From NCBI GenBank assembly GCA_051362555.1, contig CM120641.1, positions 13,640,001 through 13,704,000 of the forward strand: 64,000 nucleotides of DNA. Direction: 5' to 3'. The notes under the pieces were generated by a model. It worked only from the letters and a program-made list of their open reading frames with translations, was not told the DNA's origin and searched no databases. A program made the translations under genes and the position numbers. Below, piece after piece: positions 11,546-26,400 of the stretch (positions within the stretch are counted from its first letter, which is position 1; each line of letters opens with the position of its first letter). This stretch comes from Lingula anatina (taxonomy: Eukaryota; Animalia; Brachiopoda).

Positions 11546-12593
11546 AACTCTAAGGTGACCCATTTCATCCAGTACAAGTCTAGATCTTCATCTTTCTTCT
11601 AAAAATACTACCAATGCACAGGTATAACTTGGCTCTTATTTACTGGTAATATAAGTATTTTAGGTATAAGCAAGTTTTTTCATCCTGCTGTGTACATGTG
11701 CACTTGGCGGTATGCATAAAGTGTAGTTCTGAGGAGCTGATATTTAGATGTACAGTGAAGACTGGTTCTTGCCTTAAAACTACATAGAGCACATTCAGAA
11801 CACATGATCTGCAGACCAACTGATCTGCCAAATAAATATGTCTGACCCCGTTTAAGAGCAAATCATTTAATTCCCTGATGTGGAGGCGGGGCCTCCATCA
11901 TGGGAGTAGCTGTATTGCTTTTAAGTTGGTCGGTCACAATTTGTCCGCAGATCTGTTAGTCAGAGGAACATCTGCTCATACAGTTTATTCATAGGCAGGT
12001 TAATAGACTGAGGTAATACAGTTGATTTGAGAATTGGGTTATTAACAATTGTCACTGTTTATTTTGGTCAAAATTCTTAAAAAATTATTGCACTTTTCAG
12101 GGCCCCCAAACAATCATGATGCATAAAAAATGGAACATAGACAACTCAAAAACCTTAATACTTCTGCATCTTTACATATAACACTTGACCATGTTATCAT
12201 TGTTACAAAATATGACATCCTATGGTCATGAATGATCTTTAATGGACTATTAAATCAGACATTACCTTTTTCCACAGAAAAGCAGAATTCTACATTTTTT
12301 AATTCAATTCCTATGGTTCCGAAGGTTAGGTGTTGGATCCCATGATAATGTCCAGAGGTTTTTTTTTTTGAAACCTAGGATCATGTCTGGAAATTAGGCC
12401 AAACAAATGAAATTTCTTACTTGACATAATATTTACAGATTAACTTTGATACAATTTAATTCAAGATCAGAGCAACAGGAGAATATCAGCTTGTCTTGGG
12501 AAGCCACCATTGGGCATTTAGCAATCAGGAAGTGTAAACAGACATGGATATGTTGTATTTTGCTTTTTAAATAAAATGTTCAACAAATTTCAT

Positions 12594-12615
12594 TACTACT
12601 ACTACTACTACTACA

Positions 12616-12672
<57 letters not shown>
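12594..12672. repeat. (TAC)n microsatellite
   Basis: Direct reading; one interruption. Confidence 0.95.
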
Positions 12673-15600
12673 GTTGGGAATTCTCTCAATTAACATCATT
12701 CTGATGAACCAAACTATTAACAAGGGTTTAGCAACATTAAAACTGTCTTGATTGCATACAAATAGCTCAACAAATCACTTCTTGTTGGCTTACTGGAGCA
12801 GAAGCATGGAACAATAAAATCCTGACCAGATAAATTGGGTTGTGTTGCAGACACCCTAAGTCTGGGTGTGTTTTATGTACTTACAGTAAAAATATGTGTT
12901 AAAAATGTACACTTTGTCCCTTTGAATAAGGCCAAAGTGGTAGAGACCATAAATAAATCAATAGCTCAAGTTAGAAATAGCATTTTACTATGGTGATTTT
13001 TTCATTATCTACTGTAACAGATATAGATGATACACATCATTTATCAATTAATCAGATAATTGTATATATGTATATGATGTAATAGAGTGGGCTAAATATA
13101 TAAAGCATTTACTAAAAGTAGCTCCAGTGTTAGTGTCATCTCTCCATGCCCTGATCATGGATATTTTCCAGTTTGCTTCATGGTCTATGCTTTTAGCTCA
13201 CTGACTTGACAAATCAATACTGTCTGTCTGAACTCTCAGAATTTTGCAGAAATAGCATTATTTCCTGGAATAATGATTATTGTTTGCCTTGCCTTGACCT
13301 CGTTGTTGTTGTGATGGTTTCTTAACTAGTACATGTTAATTTGCCCCCCCCCTCCTCCTTTGACACATTCTGTATTTCATTTTTATTGTTTTATACATTA
13401 ATCCCATTAAACAACTATAATAGTATGTCATTTTATTTTAATGTCAGCTTATCAAGTTATCCCAGTTAAGCTTCAAAATATCCTGTATGATTTCTTTTTT
13501 ATTCATACAATATTGCAATGTGTTTATGTTTATGTCTACTAGAGAGTATGTATGTCTGCATTTGCTTTTGTCTGCCATACATGTACATGCTCTGGTACTA
13601 ATAGGCTTTTTTTGGTTAAGAAAAATATTGTATTTGGACTTTGAAAAATAAATTATTATTAAAAGGTCATTGGTCTTTAACAAGTTATATTAAGAAAATA
13701 AGCAGTATATAGAGAATTCAATAAGTAGAACTGTTTGTCCATTAGGAATGTGTTTTTAGAAGCAGCATTCTGAAACTTGAGATTGTGAGAAACACAACCC
13801 AGGAGGTTGATCAGCGTCTTCTCTGATGCAATCATGTTTCCAGGATCCCAGGTACAGATGCATATTCACACAACGTTGGCTGGATCCAGCAGAAAGGTTT
13901 ATTTGAGCATTTCCAATAAAGTAGTTTGTGTCGAGTTATCATTGATTCTGGAATTATGATTCAGTATTAGCTAAAAATGAATTGTTATAGTTCGGTATCT
14001 ATAGGGAAGTATAGAGATAAAGATAAACTTTGTACAGATAAACTTCATTGCAGTTAAACTGGCATTTTTTGAAATGGATTGTTTTACAAACCTTGTTAAT
14101 AAATAACAGCATTGCATGAACATGCCCGTCTTTCAGTTGTATTCAGTATAGTTGTATCTGGGTGGAGACCTCCCGTTGTAATGTATTTGTACTGTCATAT
14201 AGATAGCCTGGGACAAAGCACATGTCTGTGATAATTTGTATACTCCATTGGTGGGAATGACATTTATTAGCCATGCTGACATTCCTGCCAGATTGACTTT
14301 TACTGGACATTTTTGGAAATTTAATTCATAAGTGAGATGGGTACTGTATGAGTGGATACTAGTATCTTGTCTTGGGGATTGGCAATAGATGTGTCTGTTG
14401 CTTGTAAATTGTGGCTTGTGTATAGAGGAAAGGTGTACTTAAGAGCTGGTAGCAAAAATAGTCTAAAGTTTGGATATTCTGCCTGCTTTTTGCTTGACCC
14501 AGATAAGAATGGCCCCCTTTAAGCATGTAAATTGGAATCATTTTTAGATATATTTGCATAATGGAATTCATAATGGGAGTTATTTATAAAGGTTTCATTG
14601 AGGATTGGATATAAACCTCAGGTCTGCCTTTGTTGTGGTTCATCCAGGGTTTGACTAGATGCAACATGCACTGTGCGACACTCCTATACATATAGGAAAC
14701 CACATCCTATTGAGATTTGTTTAGAACCTCTTATCTTGACATAAAGGGTTTGGTGATTTTTTTTTACTGTACTCATAGCCGTATATTATTATTCAACACA
14801 GAAATGACATGATATTCTACTGCCCCTGTAGGCCAGACACACTTAGAGAATGGGGAAATTGATTAAGTTACAAAAAGGTATCAAGACATGGTATTCCCCA
14901 AGGAAAAAAGCACAATGGGCCTGTCTGAAATGTGGTGTTGGTAAGTGATTTGGTGTATAGATAAAGTAAGACAGTATTAGGAAGTAGATACCTGGTTTAG
15001 TATAAAGCATTAGTTGATACAAGATGTCCCAAGGAAGTGTCTGGTTTATTAGGCCTAATGTCATTACATTAATTGAATTCGGCATGTAACTAGAAAATGA
15101 TATTGATTTAGTTATATCATACTTACTTCACCAAAATAGAAGGCAGATTTTTTTATTACTATTGGGGTATGTTTGTCTTGTGTCACAGAATTTTAACATG
15201 CTGTCCAGCCATAAAATAAGTTGTCCAAAAGGCGGCTGAACAACTCGCTGGCTAAAACCTTGCTTGTAGTTTACGGATTAAAAAGATATGTTTTTTGTAA
15301 TTTTTAAAATTATGTAGACATCTTATACTTGCATATATAATTTGAATGTTATAAAATATTGGAAATTTGAATGTTAAATAGCTTCTAGTGGCTTTTTTGA
15401 AAGAGAAAAAAAGGTGACTCAAGAGCAAAAGTAATATTTCAGTAAGTGCTGCAAATATTTCACACTGCACCCTTTTAAAGATAATGATTTTTTTGGATGT
15501 CATCTATATATAGTTCACTGTACAGTAGGAGGTTAGAATCACAATAACTGAGGAGTTGAATTTTTATTGGATTCTTCTTAGAAAAGCATAGAAATTTGAT

Positions 15601-18241
15601 TTATCCAGAACCTCTAATTTTCTGTCAGGATAGTTAATACTTCAAAAAATATTTAAAAAAGTACTATAAATAAGATATTCGGGGCTCTTTTTCTGGCTTC
15701 TTCAAAGTTTTGTGTTATGTGCTGTGATAAATTTGAAAGTTATTGCATTTGGCAAATCAAAGCAAACAAATAACCCTGCACAAATTGTAGTCTAATTTTA
15801 TTTCCTGGAACATATAACTAAGCCTTCATTGTTCGGTGTGAAGCAGCACAACCTCACTAATAGTGTTTTGTCCGTTTGCAAAAAGAATATGAAAGAAATT
15901 AGAGGAAAATGTTACGCATTCAAAGATAAAACGGTCGTGATTTTGCCAGCAAACAAGCACCACATCTCACCAAATGTCACTGCGTATTGTTGAAAGCTGA
16001 GGACTGTTTGAAGTTTGTTTAGATCTCAGTTGGACACACTTGTGGTTCTAGTTGACACATCACCCTTTTCTCTGTGGAGGCGTGATGCTGTAATCTGTTT
16101 ATGTCCAAGAGTTGATGAAAAAAAGGGACTTTTATCAGCTGAAATATCTTATGAAGTCCATTCAAAGGAAGGAAAGTTGGCTAACCAACTATAGAAGATA
16201 GTGCTGTTGAATATAAAAGAAAGCAGTGGGATTAGTATGATTTTACTGCATGTTAAATGTTAAAAAATTTGCTTAGATCTCTTTTTATTCCTTGAAAAAC
16301 AAGAAGTAGAATTGTTAATTCATCCTCGTTTGACTTGGAATACATTGAAAAGAAAATGATCAATTGTTAGCTACAGTGAAGATCTCTTTTTTTTTCATTT
16401 GGTGGTAGGTGGCAGTTGAGTAAGTTTGACTAAATAGGACATCCTTCGAAATTGACCACTTTTACCAGAGAAAAGGCTAAAGGTCTAGTTACAGACATTT
16501 ATAGCCCTTCAACATGGGTGGGAGGACCAATTTCTTTAGCTGCTGATTGTATTCCACCAAGGAATAGGCAGAGTGATGGAGTCCTACCAATATTGGGGAT
16601 CCTCCCTTCCATCCCCATCCCCATCCCAGTAGTAGTCTCTCCTAATGGATTGGCATCTGTACATGTTGCTTTTTTTATTATGTTACAACATAACATACTA
16701 GATACTGCAAATGATTGTAATTTTGTCAATAAAACAAAGATGTATACCTATTCAAATTTAAGCAAAGGCAGAAAAATGAGAAAATTGACATGTTGATATG
16801 TCATAATGTGTTGTATTTACTGGCTTCAGTAGCTGTACTTTTCAGAGGCAAAAGTGGCATTTTTTGTGTGTAAAGATATAAAAGGAGCTTTGTGATCGGT
16901 AACCATTATCTGATTTAAATTTGCAATATCTGAGACATTTAAACTTAAAACTGCAAAATTGGAAAGATGGCTTTGAAATGGTGCAATTGGCATAACATGT
17001 TCAAAGAAAGACCCTGCAGGTGTAATTGGGGTATTTTGAATAAATTAATACAGTATTGACATTAAGCATGAAGGGAAATGTATTTGAAACATGTCCAAAA
17101 TCTATTTCATGAAGTATTATGCACAATAATTTACCCCTTATGTATATACTAGTAGGCCTTTTCTTTCTTTTTTTCCTCAGCAAAAGAAAAATATTAAATT
17201 AGCCTGTCCACATGCAGTAGCAGAGGAGTAGCAGAGGACGTCTCTTGTCTTAGATATACTGAGCTGAGTGGAGTTGAAATACATAAAGTTTTCCAATTGT
17301 TTCCAGCACATATTTAAAGTGATAAGTTTATTTTTGCCTGGTGTGTAAAATCAGGAGTTTGTTTTCACTTGACACAGGGACGGAATTCTTGGCAAAGATG
17401 TATTAGCGTAGTATCAAAACATGTTGTTGTAATGTTCTGTTTCTCCCCACTGTTCTTTTGATATGAGGCAATTGAGTTATGTGAAGTTATTCAAGTCTAT
17501 GTACATGTAGTATCTCGCCTGGGGTCAATAAAACATTTTTTATTGTCGCCACAGGTACATGATGAGTAAAACACCTTATCCAGAATTTGTAGTTTTTGGA
17601 ACCATGGGAAATCCCTGTTATGGACATTCTTTTCGTATTGAACTTGTCTTAAATAATTCCTTAGAAGCTGGTTTGATGATGACGAGCTGATGGGAAAGCT
17701 TCTATCAGACCTTCCATCTTACAAATTGGAATCATTTTCAAACAATCTCCAATTCTGCTTTAAGAGCACAAACTCTCACGTGCCAGCTAGATTGATTTCT
17801 TCTCTTTTGATGCCTAGACTGTTTTGGTGATTTTAAATTGAATTGATCACTATCTTCTTTGATGGACAGTATAGTAGTAGTCATATGATCTTTAGCAGTG
17901 ACCGCTGGTTTTTCCTGGCATGGCTGACAGCAACTGTTTCCAGCCTTCCCACACCCAGAGTTGTCATTCATTGTGTGGATCTGATCAACAAGTGGTTGAT
18001 GTGTAGTTTGTCATGGAACAACAGCTTGTACTTTGGATACTACTGAAGTCAACAATAACATCACTTGATGTGTGAGCCACATTGTACATGCACATTTTGA
18101 CATGTGGGGAAAAAAACTTGGATGATGACAAATGCTATGGACATATAATCATAGTAAAAAAATATAACAAGACTGTAAAACTGCCATTTTTGTAAACAGG
18201 CACATATTCATTGACAGATTGCAGAGCATCTAAACATCAAA

Positions 18242-19067
18242 ATGGACAAAATGGATTCCTTTGCTTTGTGGCAAGGTAAATGCTTGGTAGTCAAGATTGG
18301 TTATAGTGGAGAAGGGGAGTTCTGTAATGTGACTTCTTAATTCATGATATTTATGCTTTTAATCTCTCTGGTCAGTTTGAATTATGATATGACATATAGA
18401 TTGAAAACTATCAGATATGACAGGACAGTTTTGAGTTAGCTAAATACTGCTTTGCTATATTCAACTTTGTGAAACCTGGCAAAACTTCTGCTTTGTGACA
18501 GTGTCATTTTTTATGAAATACAAAATTTAAGTAAGGTGTAGAATTTGTATTGAATTATCATAAATAGTGTGTAGGATTTTTATTCAATAGCACTAAATTT
18601 AAGTACAATTTACCACTTTTCAAAATTTTAGATTTTAGGATATTATTTTGGGTAAGTTTAACAGTAAATGCACTTTTAAGAAAGATATAAAGCAACCAGT
18701 GGGTTACAAAAATGTCCAGGTGTATTTGGAACAAGTTTGTAATTTGTATGCCTTCAGTTACACATTTTGGCACAGGGATATGGTTTTTGATATATATATA
18801 TATATATACATACATATGTACCATGGTGTCATAATATCGCCTGCAGTAAGATATAAGTGATAAACATGATAAACATTATTTTGGCAGACACTCTATGGGT
18901 GGGATTCTTTTCTTCATATATGATAATTCAATCAATTTACAATCATGGATTAACATACAGAGACATAAAATAACATTTTTGAAGTTTTTTTTTTTCTTTT
19001 TTAGCACCCGATCAATCAAGTGGTCCTCTAAGACTCCAAAGCACAGGAGGCGAGAACCGGACCAGTG
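18242..19067 (+). CDS. Candidate alternative N-terminal exons of the MRTF gene: 18242-18275 and 19005-19067
   Basis: AAAATGG start, MDKMDSFALWQ, phase-1 donor AAG|GTAAAT. Next is a 63-nt phase 1-1 exon after a very strong poly-T/TAG acceptor (xPDQSSGPLRLQSTGGENRTS, donor G|GTACGT). It is in frame with the RPEL1 exon at 61275. Confidence 0.5.
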
Positions 19068-20446
19068 GTACGTTGGGAGAAACCTTCTTATACAAAATAG
19101 TGTTTAAGATTGAATGCTATTTCTAGAAATTGGACATTTTTTTTAAAGTTAAGATGCATGGGCATTCATCTTAAATATTAAATGAATAGTTTTTCACTTT
19201 TCTTCATGTATTGTCTTGATTAACTTTTGTATACCTGGTATTGCTGTTGTATATATTTTAGTAAGTAAGAAGTATCTAGTGATAATTCATATGTAAATAT
19301 ATACATGTTAATATCTCATATGTTCCTTTTCAGTCAAACTTCTTTATTACAGATAAAACCTTTGATAATGAAATGTCTCAGATTAAGATAACAGCATTGA
19401 AAATGCCATGTGTCCCATGTTTTTTTTTTTTACAGCAGATCATTGAAAATGTCCATGTGTACCTTGATTTTTTTTTTGCCAAAGTATATCATGTTTTACA
19501 TTATATATATTGTAAATGCCATTGTACTTAATAAATCTTGTCCATGTGTTGTTCACTACATGTGTGAACACGTGTCTCATACTGACCAGGAATCACATAG
19601 GATGTTAAATGTCACAGTAATACTAGGTAGAACAAAACCAACGGTCTCTTTTTTATTCTGTTGGTTGCCTTTTCTGTCAGTTTTTTTACCACATGGTACA
19701 TGATGACCCTTTGAAGAATATTAATAACCAACAAAACATTGTGTTGATATTGAGGAAGTGATTGTAAGTCGAGGAGTATTGTTTGAGAGACAGGAAAACA
19801 TGGATGTACTATGGACGATTAGATCACATATATGAACCTCAGGAACTGCGAAGATTTATTTAATCCTATTGATTTCAGAATTAAGGGTTTTATTCTTGTC
19901 CTAACTTGGTTTAAAAATCAGAAAACTAGGTATTAATTTTGTTTCTGTCCAAGGTTATATGAAGTTGAGGTTAAAACCAACTTCATAGTATCCCCCCAAC
20001 CCCCCCAGAGTCATTCTCGAGGACCAAAGGACTCTGAAACTTGTATTTACGTCACACACATTTATATTTGGTCTGTTTCAGCTTTTGAATACAGATGGAA
20101 ACCATTGGTTTTGGTCTCTAAGAAGCACAATGCCCTCTGTGATTGACTTATCTTCAAAGTCAACAACAAAGACATGTCATTTAGATATAGGGCTGTGCAC
20201 AGTGGAGTTTATCAAGTTTTTATGACTTTTATATCAATATGCCTGTTAACACTGTGATTTGTAATCTAGGTTTATGATTACATGTGCTCTTTGTGATGAT
20301 GTATTCAGGTTTGAGCTTTATTACTAATTCTCTTGTCTTTGACATGTTGATATACACATTGATATATTTGATTTTGTAGGTTGAAGTATTGAAAGGTGAT
20401 GGTTAAACAATAAGTTAAATTTTTTAATGGATCATTTTCCATTAAG

Positions 20447-20472
<26 letters not shown>

Positions 20473-20510
<38 letters not shown>
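20473..20510. repeat. (TA)n microsatellite following a poly-A run
   Basis: Direct reading. Confidence 0.9.
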
Positions 20511-20512
<2 letters not shown>

Positions 20513-23451
20513 TAGTTTTGTCATTTATTATAATTGTAACTTTAGTATAGAAACAGTTGAAAATATTCAGTAAAGCATAATGAACAGAGTCTATTACAGG
20601 TAAATAGTTCAATATTTCAAGGACAGGCCAGATTTAAAAAAGATTTTAAAAAATGAATCTGATAATGTTGTGGGTTGCTTAATGATAAAAAAAAAGTTAA
20701 AAAAAACCCCAGGTGTTTGCCCTGTTTATTTAAGAATTTTTGTTTTCTCACATTTTAAAAACGGGCTGTTGGCCGTTGATGTAAACTTGGTTAGGTGATG
20801 TCATGGCTGCTCATTAAGTAAATGTTATAAGAAATTTTCTTTATTTTATTTACCAGATTTGATAAACTGTGAGAAAAAACTTCTGACCTGAGAAGGAGAT
20901 AGTTTAGCGAATTAGAAACGATTCCTGCCAAAGTAAATTTTTCTAAGCAGATTTCCTCACTATTTTGAGTATGCATCAAGTATTTTAAAGAGCTTCAACT
21001 GTTGTATGAACAACTGTTGTTGTGTATCTGCCGCAGGCATGCAGGTTGACCCAGAAAACAATAGCCAAATTCTTTGATTTTTCTTCACAAGACTAATGAA
21101 GAAAAACAGCAAGAAACAAAAAAAGCGCCACAAATACTTTCTGCATGTTTGATGAAATTAAATTTCCTTTTGGAGAGGTTTTTAGATAAACACAACAGCA
21201 ACTTGAAAATGAGGGAATTGGAATGATTTTAACCGTGTGTGTACTGGTGTAAATGGTTGTGTCCATTCATTGACATTGCATTAGCCAACAGGTTGTTGTA
21301 TTGTGTTAAGATGCATTTGGCTTGTTAAACTCTAAAAACACAATGCTTTGAAGTTTGTGGATACCATTAGATATACAAACTTTGTAATTCCTACAATGAG
21401 ATTTCTATGATTGGAAAAGTCTGCAATTCAGCTGTCGCCACTCTATAAAGAAAATTGCCTTATTGTTCTTAATGCATTTCATACTGTTAGTCGCTGCGAT
21501 TGCGACATGTTGCCTGAGACATGCAAAGTTGACCAAGAAAAAAAGTAAATTGTCAGGTATCCATCTTGTCAGAGCGTGTTACATGAAATTGCAGGTAATT
21601 TATTGAAAGTTTGTGGGTTACCAAGTTGGCTGATGTAGGAGTTTTTAGCTATCGTGATTCAATTTAATTAGCTTGAACTGGAGGCCTGAGCATTCCAAGA
21701 AAGGTGAAAGAGTGTTCTGATTTCTGTACCTCAGTTTTATTGGAAAAAAAAAGAAACAGTACATTTTAGTCTTGTAGTTTTCATGACTTTTTTGTCATAA
21801 TCAATTCAGTTCTAAACAGAGTTTCCAGACAGACTACATGGTTATCTTCTCACCATTGAAAGAATTTTATTGTGATAAGTTTTGTGCCTTCTGCCTTGTT
21901 CTGGATTTTGTACTTCTTCTGCTCTCCTGTCTCGCATAGTTCACTGTCATGTGAGCAACTAACAGACATCGGTTCTTAGAACAAAAAAAAATGTGATCTG
22001 TCACATACCACTTTATGTCTGCCATTGAGAGGTTCTGGGGCCAAGGACTCTCACCTTATCTCTTTTTATCAGTGAATTATTGTAGTATTCTTTGGAGTTA
22101 CATAAGACACTTTCTTGATTTTTTTTCTCTCTCTAAACTCTCGGCCCATGGCAGTCCTGCTTAACTTGTCAGTGAACTTGAAAATGAGGAAAGGGGCATG
22201 CTGGTTTATTTACTGTTGATAGCATTGACTAAAGTTATCACTGAAACATTTTTAAGTACTCAATTTTTCAATGGCATTTTCTGGTCAATTGGCAGTCAGG
22301 CACTCGGTGACTGGAACAAACGGCATCTGTTGCAGAGAAGTAAGAGTATTTTTTCATAGGCCCCATACATCATCATTATAAAAGGAATAATGTTTAAGAT
22401 CAGAATTGAAACACATGGACGGAAAGAGTCATCATTGTCCCTTGTCATTGTCATGGTGTAAAAAATCCCTGTTTTAAATATTCTTTAAACGAAGTGAAAG
22501 GACTTCATGGGTGCAATGAAACTCACAGGCCCTCGATATGGATTGAAAAAGGACCAAACTCACAGACCAAAATGATTTGGATTAGTGATTTACCTCATTC
22601 ATTTTCAAACATGTTACAAATTTGTGGCCACGGGGTCTGGTTTGTTTTGATTCCATCATTATTAAACACAGGCTCGGAGAGTCTTGTGTTGTAGGGCAAG
22701 CATCCTGTTGGTACTTGCTGAGATGGTTGTGGAGCATTCGCTGTTAATTCACACCTAGTTGTGCAATCGGTCTGAGGGGACAGCTGCGTCTTGCTGACAC
22801 AACACGCTGGCCTTGCTGTATGCTCGCAGTAAGATAGTGGGCTGGACTAGAGGACCAAATGGACATTTCAGACCACAGAGATAACAGCCTACAGTACCAC
22901 TGAACTTAGACGCTGTTTTGTCTATGGCAGTCTGTTCAGATTTAGCCGTAGGTGTGAAGCATCGGTGGAGAATCCTGTGTTAATGTAGCATTCCTGTTAC
23001 CAAATATGACTTTAATTTGATTGTGTAAACTTGAGGGAAATACTTATTTACATTCCTGACCAAACAACTGCCTGAGCTTTTGCAGAGAGCCTAAACTGAT
23101 TAGATTCAAATTTAAAGTTTCCAGAGATAGTTAGCTATCAGTTTTGTGGCATTAAGATATACAAGCTCTGTCTGGCAAGAACTGATCCTGATCTCCTTAT
23201 TTCTGCATCAAGTCAAAGTATTTTAAGCTGTGTCAGAGTTGTGCAGAGCCTGTGGTTTGTCTGTTACCAGCTTGCAATGTTCCTGTTGTACAGAGAATGA
23301 TGACAGAAGAATTTGACAGAAGACAATCAAATGAAATGTTTTGTTGGACTTGAGTCATTGGGTAGAGTTTGCATTGATGACTAGAGATAACAAAACTAAG
23401 ATGACAGTTGATTCTTGATCATAATACATCTTCAGTTCCATGTTTTCCACC

Positions 23452-23497
23452 ATGGCTTCAGCTTTCCAGATGTCTAGATTAGTTGAGCCGTGGCAAG
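23452..23497 (+). CDS. Candidate alternative first coding exon of the MRTF gene (MASAFQMSRLVEPWQ)
   Basis: Ideal Kozak context CCACCATGG (a further in-frame ATG is at 23440) and consensus donor AAG|GTAAGT. Phase 1, compatible with the RPEL1 exon. Confidence 0.45.
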
Positions 23498-26400
23498 GTA
23501 AGTACTGATCTTGGTCTAATTTGGATTTCTTTCAAAGTACTTTTAGAGGATAAATAATGAATATTTTACTGTAGAATTGTTTCTTTATGCAATTTGTAAC
23601 TTTATTATTTGTTTTTGAGAAAAAAAAAACTTTTGGAAAACAATACTGGCAGTTATTAGCCGAAAAAGATTAAATTTGTTAGAACTCGAAAAAAGATTAC
23701 CTCTGGAGACAAAATTTGCATAAGTGGTCATTAAGTTCTTTTATTTGCTCAAATTGATCTGGAAAAAGTCTAAGTTACTTCAAACCTTATTTTTCTTGAA
23801 AATGAACATTGCTTCTTTAACAACCAATGAATGAGAAACCTAAGTATGTCGGGATGCAGGGTTTAAATACACGTTCATTAGTGTTGACCTTTTCCTTACT
23901 AGATGTCAATTACCCCCTGTAGGCACCAGGGGAGGTTTTGTGTGGGTCTGTGCCATTTTCTTAACAGGGGTTTAGTTAATGAGATCCACTAAGATCTGCT
24001 GTGTGATGTGTTCTTTAATGAATGAATGTTACTGATATTACCAATAAGGGTTTGTAAGCATCTTTACTTGTTTAAGGTAATTTACTCTTCAAGGTTAGAG
24101 AATAATTGATGTGTAAGAGGATTTAATCTTCTGTGCTACAGTGACACAGATTAGATGTAATAGGTTAAATGCTTCGTCAGCTAAAATGTATTTAATAAGG
24201 TAGTCCTTGGTTATCTATACTCTTTTTTTGACATTCCACAATCTCTAGAAATGTGCTGCAGACATAATCTAATGAGTGGTTGTGATTTTTATGCCAACCG
24301 ATTGTGCTTGTAGTGAATGTGTTGTGCATAGAATTGTGTTTATGTGTCACAGAAAAATGTGCTGTGCTAAGAATTGTGTTCATATGTCACAACTAGCACA
24401 ATGTAGCTGATTTTCACAAATACTGATAAAGTTTGAAAAGAAATGCAACTTGTTGGTGCATAACCTAAAAAAAAAAAAGACCTTTTAGTAAAATAAATTT
24501 TCTACATGGGAAATTTTTTTGTAGGGATCCAAATAATATTTTGTAAGATGAAATGGAAAAAATATTTCAAAAAAGGGAATATGAATCTTCTATCACCTAA
24601 TGTTGATTTACGTTTATAGAAATGTTTAAGTAAAACTAATTTTTGAAATATCAAACTCCTTTTGGAAAAAGGGAAGCTTGTTTTGCTTGTGTTGCTGAGT
24701 TTATGTGGGCAAGTAGATAAAAGAAATACACTGTTTTTTTTTTTTCACCACAAAGCATTTTTTTCTCCAGATACAGTCCAGGTGAGCAAAGCCAAAGCAG
24801 TCTGTTTTTGATGTTCACAAACTGTGGGACAAAAGTAAAAACACCAACCTAGTTTATTCATTTCTACATCATAAAACATTGTTTGTTTATCAATCTTTTT
24901 TCACCAGGATTTTCAGGTGCAAATGTGTGTCTAACCAGTAAATTGTTGGATTTTGTAACTGTTTTTAGACCAGAAGGAAGAAACCAAAGAAACGTAGACT
25001 GTGTTTTGCTACAAGTTTTTCACCTGAACCAACTGTTTTGAACACCTGGCCTGTGACGGTAGATAGACCATCTTGATGGAAAAATTTACTTTTGAAAAAA
25101 AGTTACATGTAAAAAAAATTTGAAAAACGAATGTGCTAACAAGTAAATGTCTTGAAATTGCTCAGCTATGTTATTTTGGACTGGAAACTCTACTAATACT
25201 GTTTGTGGAAATAAACCAACCAAAATGTTTTTGCAATTGTAATCGAATCATATGTGACATTTTTGTCTAATTTATGTCCATTCTATGTGACAGTTTGGGA
25301 CAACTTTCAAATCAGTGAAAAATTTGATCTCTCAAGCATGCAATTTCCTTCATAATTTATTTATTCCTTCATTATTTATTTATTTATGGACTTATTTGAA
25401 CAAAAGGCTTTTACACTTTATAAGTAAAAAGGCATGAAATTTCTGGCTTTCAAAGTAATTAACTGACCCAATATGACTGTAAAAAGCCATTTTTCAACAG
25501 TATATAAAAATTAGTTATATCAAGCTTTTTTAGTCCGCTTGGAAGATGAAAGAAATTATTTGCAGCTTAATGGGAATATTTCAGTATTTTTTAAAGATTG
25601 CAATTGAAACATCAAAGGATTAACCCTATAAAGATATCTAGAATCTTGATGCAAGGTTATCATCTATTAAAAGTAGATATAGAAGGCTTAACTGGTGTTC
25701 AAGGTCATCAAATTGCTGGCTCATGTAGTTATTTTAAGGCAAGTGCAAGCAAATGGTGGATAGTGTGAGAAATGATTCCATCACATTGTAGGGACAGGTT
25801 GCTTTTCCTTACTGCCATGGTTCAAAGAGCACAGTAGTCTTTTGCTTACACGTAATGAAGAACCTGTAATGCTGTTTAATTTCCTGATAATTGGATGTTT
25901 TTTTTTAGTGTCAAGAGATGTTCTTTTCAGAAGTTATGTACTTAAAGCCCACACATCTTTTGGAAATGAGCTTCTGGAAAGTCCATTAGAAGTTGTATTA
26001 ATTGGAATAAGTGACGAGACCTTTAGAAGTAACAGGCTTATCATAATTATTAAGTGTGCAATGTCAAACCCTGTAGCTCTTATTTTTAAAATTTAATTTA
26101 AGGTGTGCTGGTTTGTTTGTGTTTTATCTTTAAATATTTTTAGCTTATATACTTCTGAATGGAACGCCATCTTAAAAGAAGTTTTTGTTTGTAATGCATT
26201 TTGTTGGCTATGTATTCAGTCTTATGCCTTCTGTCCTCAAGGTGAACTCTGAGCTACAAATGGGGGCCATTCATAGACCAGCTCGTGGGTGCCAGGGGGA
26301 AATCTATTGCATAAAGGCCAAACTGTTATTGCACCTTGTGCTGGCTACCTTGGCTGCAGTCCTACTACCTGCATTTCAGTGTGGAGGTGTAGAGTGGCAT

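Noticed and set aside
13780-15100. Faint RT-like words (VIIDSG, MIPIY) suggesting a decayed LINE
   Set aside because: Too short, on inconsistent strands, and not distinguishable from chance by eye.
16587-16596. Perfect CArG boxes (CCAATATTGG here; CCAATAAAGG at 41241-41250) suggesting SRF/MRTF autoregulation
   Set aside because: A few CC(A/T)6GG matches are expected by chance in 64 kb of AT-rich DNA, and I have no clustering or conservation evidence.
16452-16796. 114-aa Pro/Ile-rich ORF and its antisense ORF
   Set aside because: Driven by a (CCCCAT)n low-complexity patch, with no convincing splice sites or homology.
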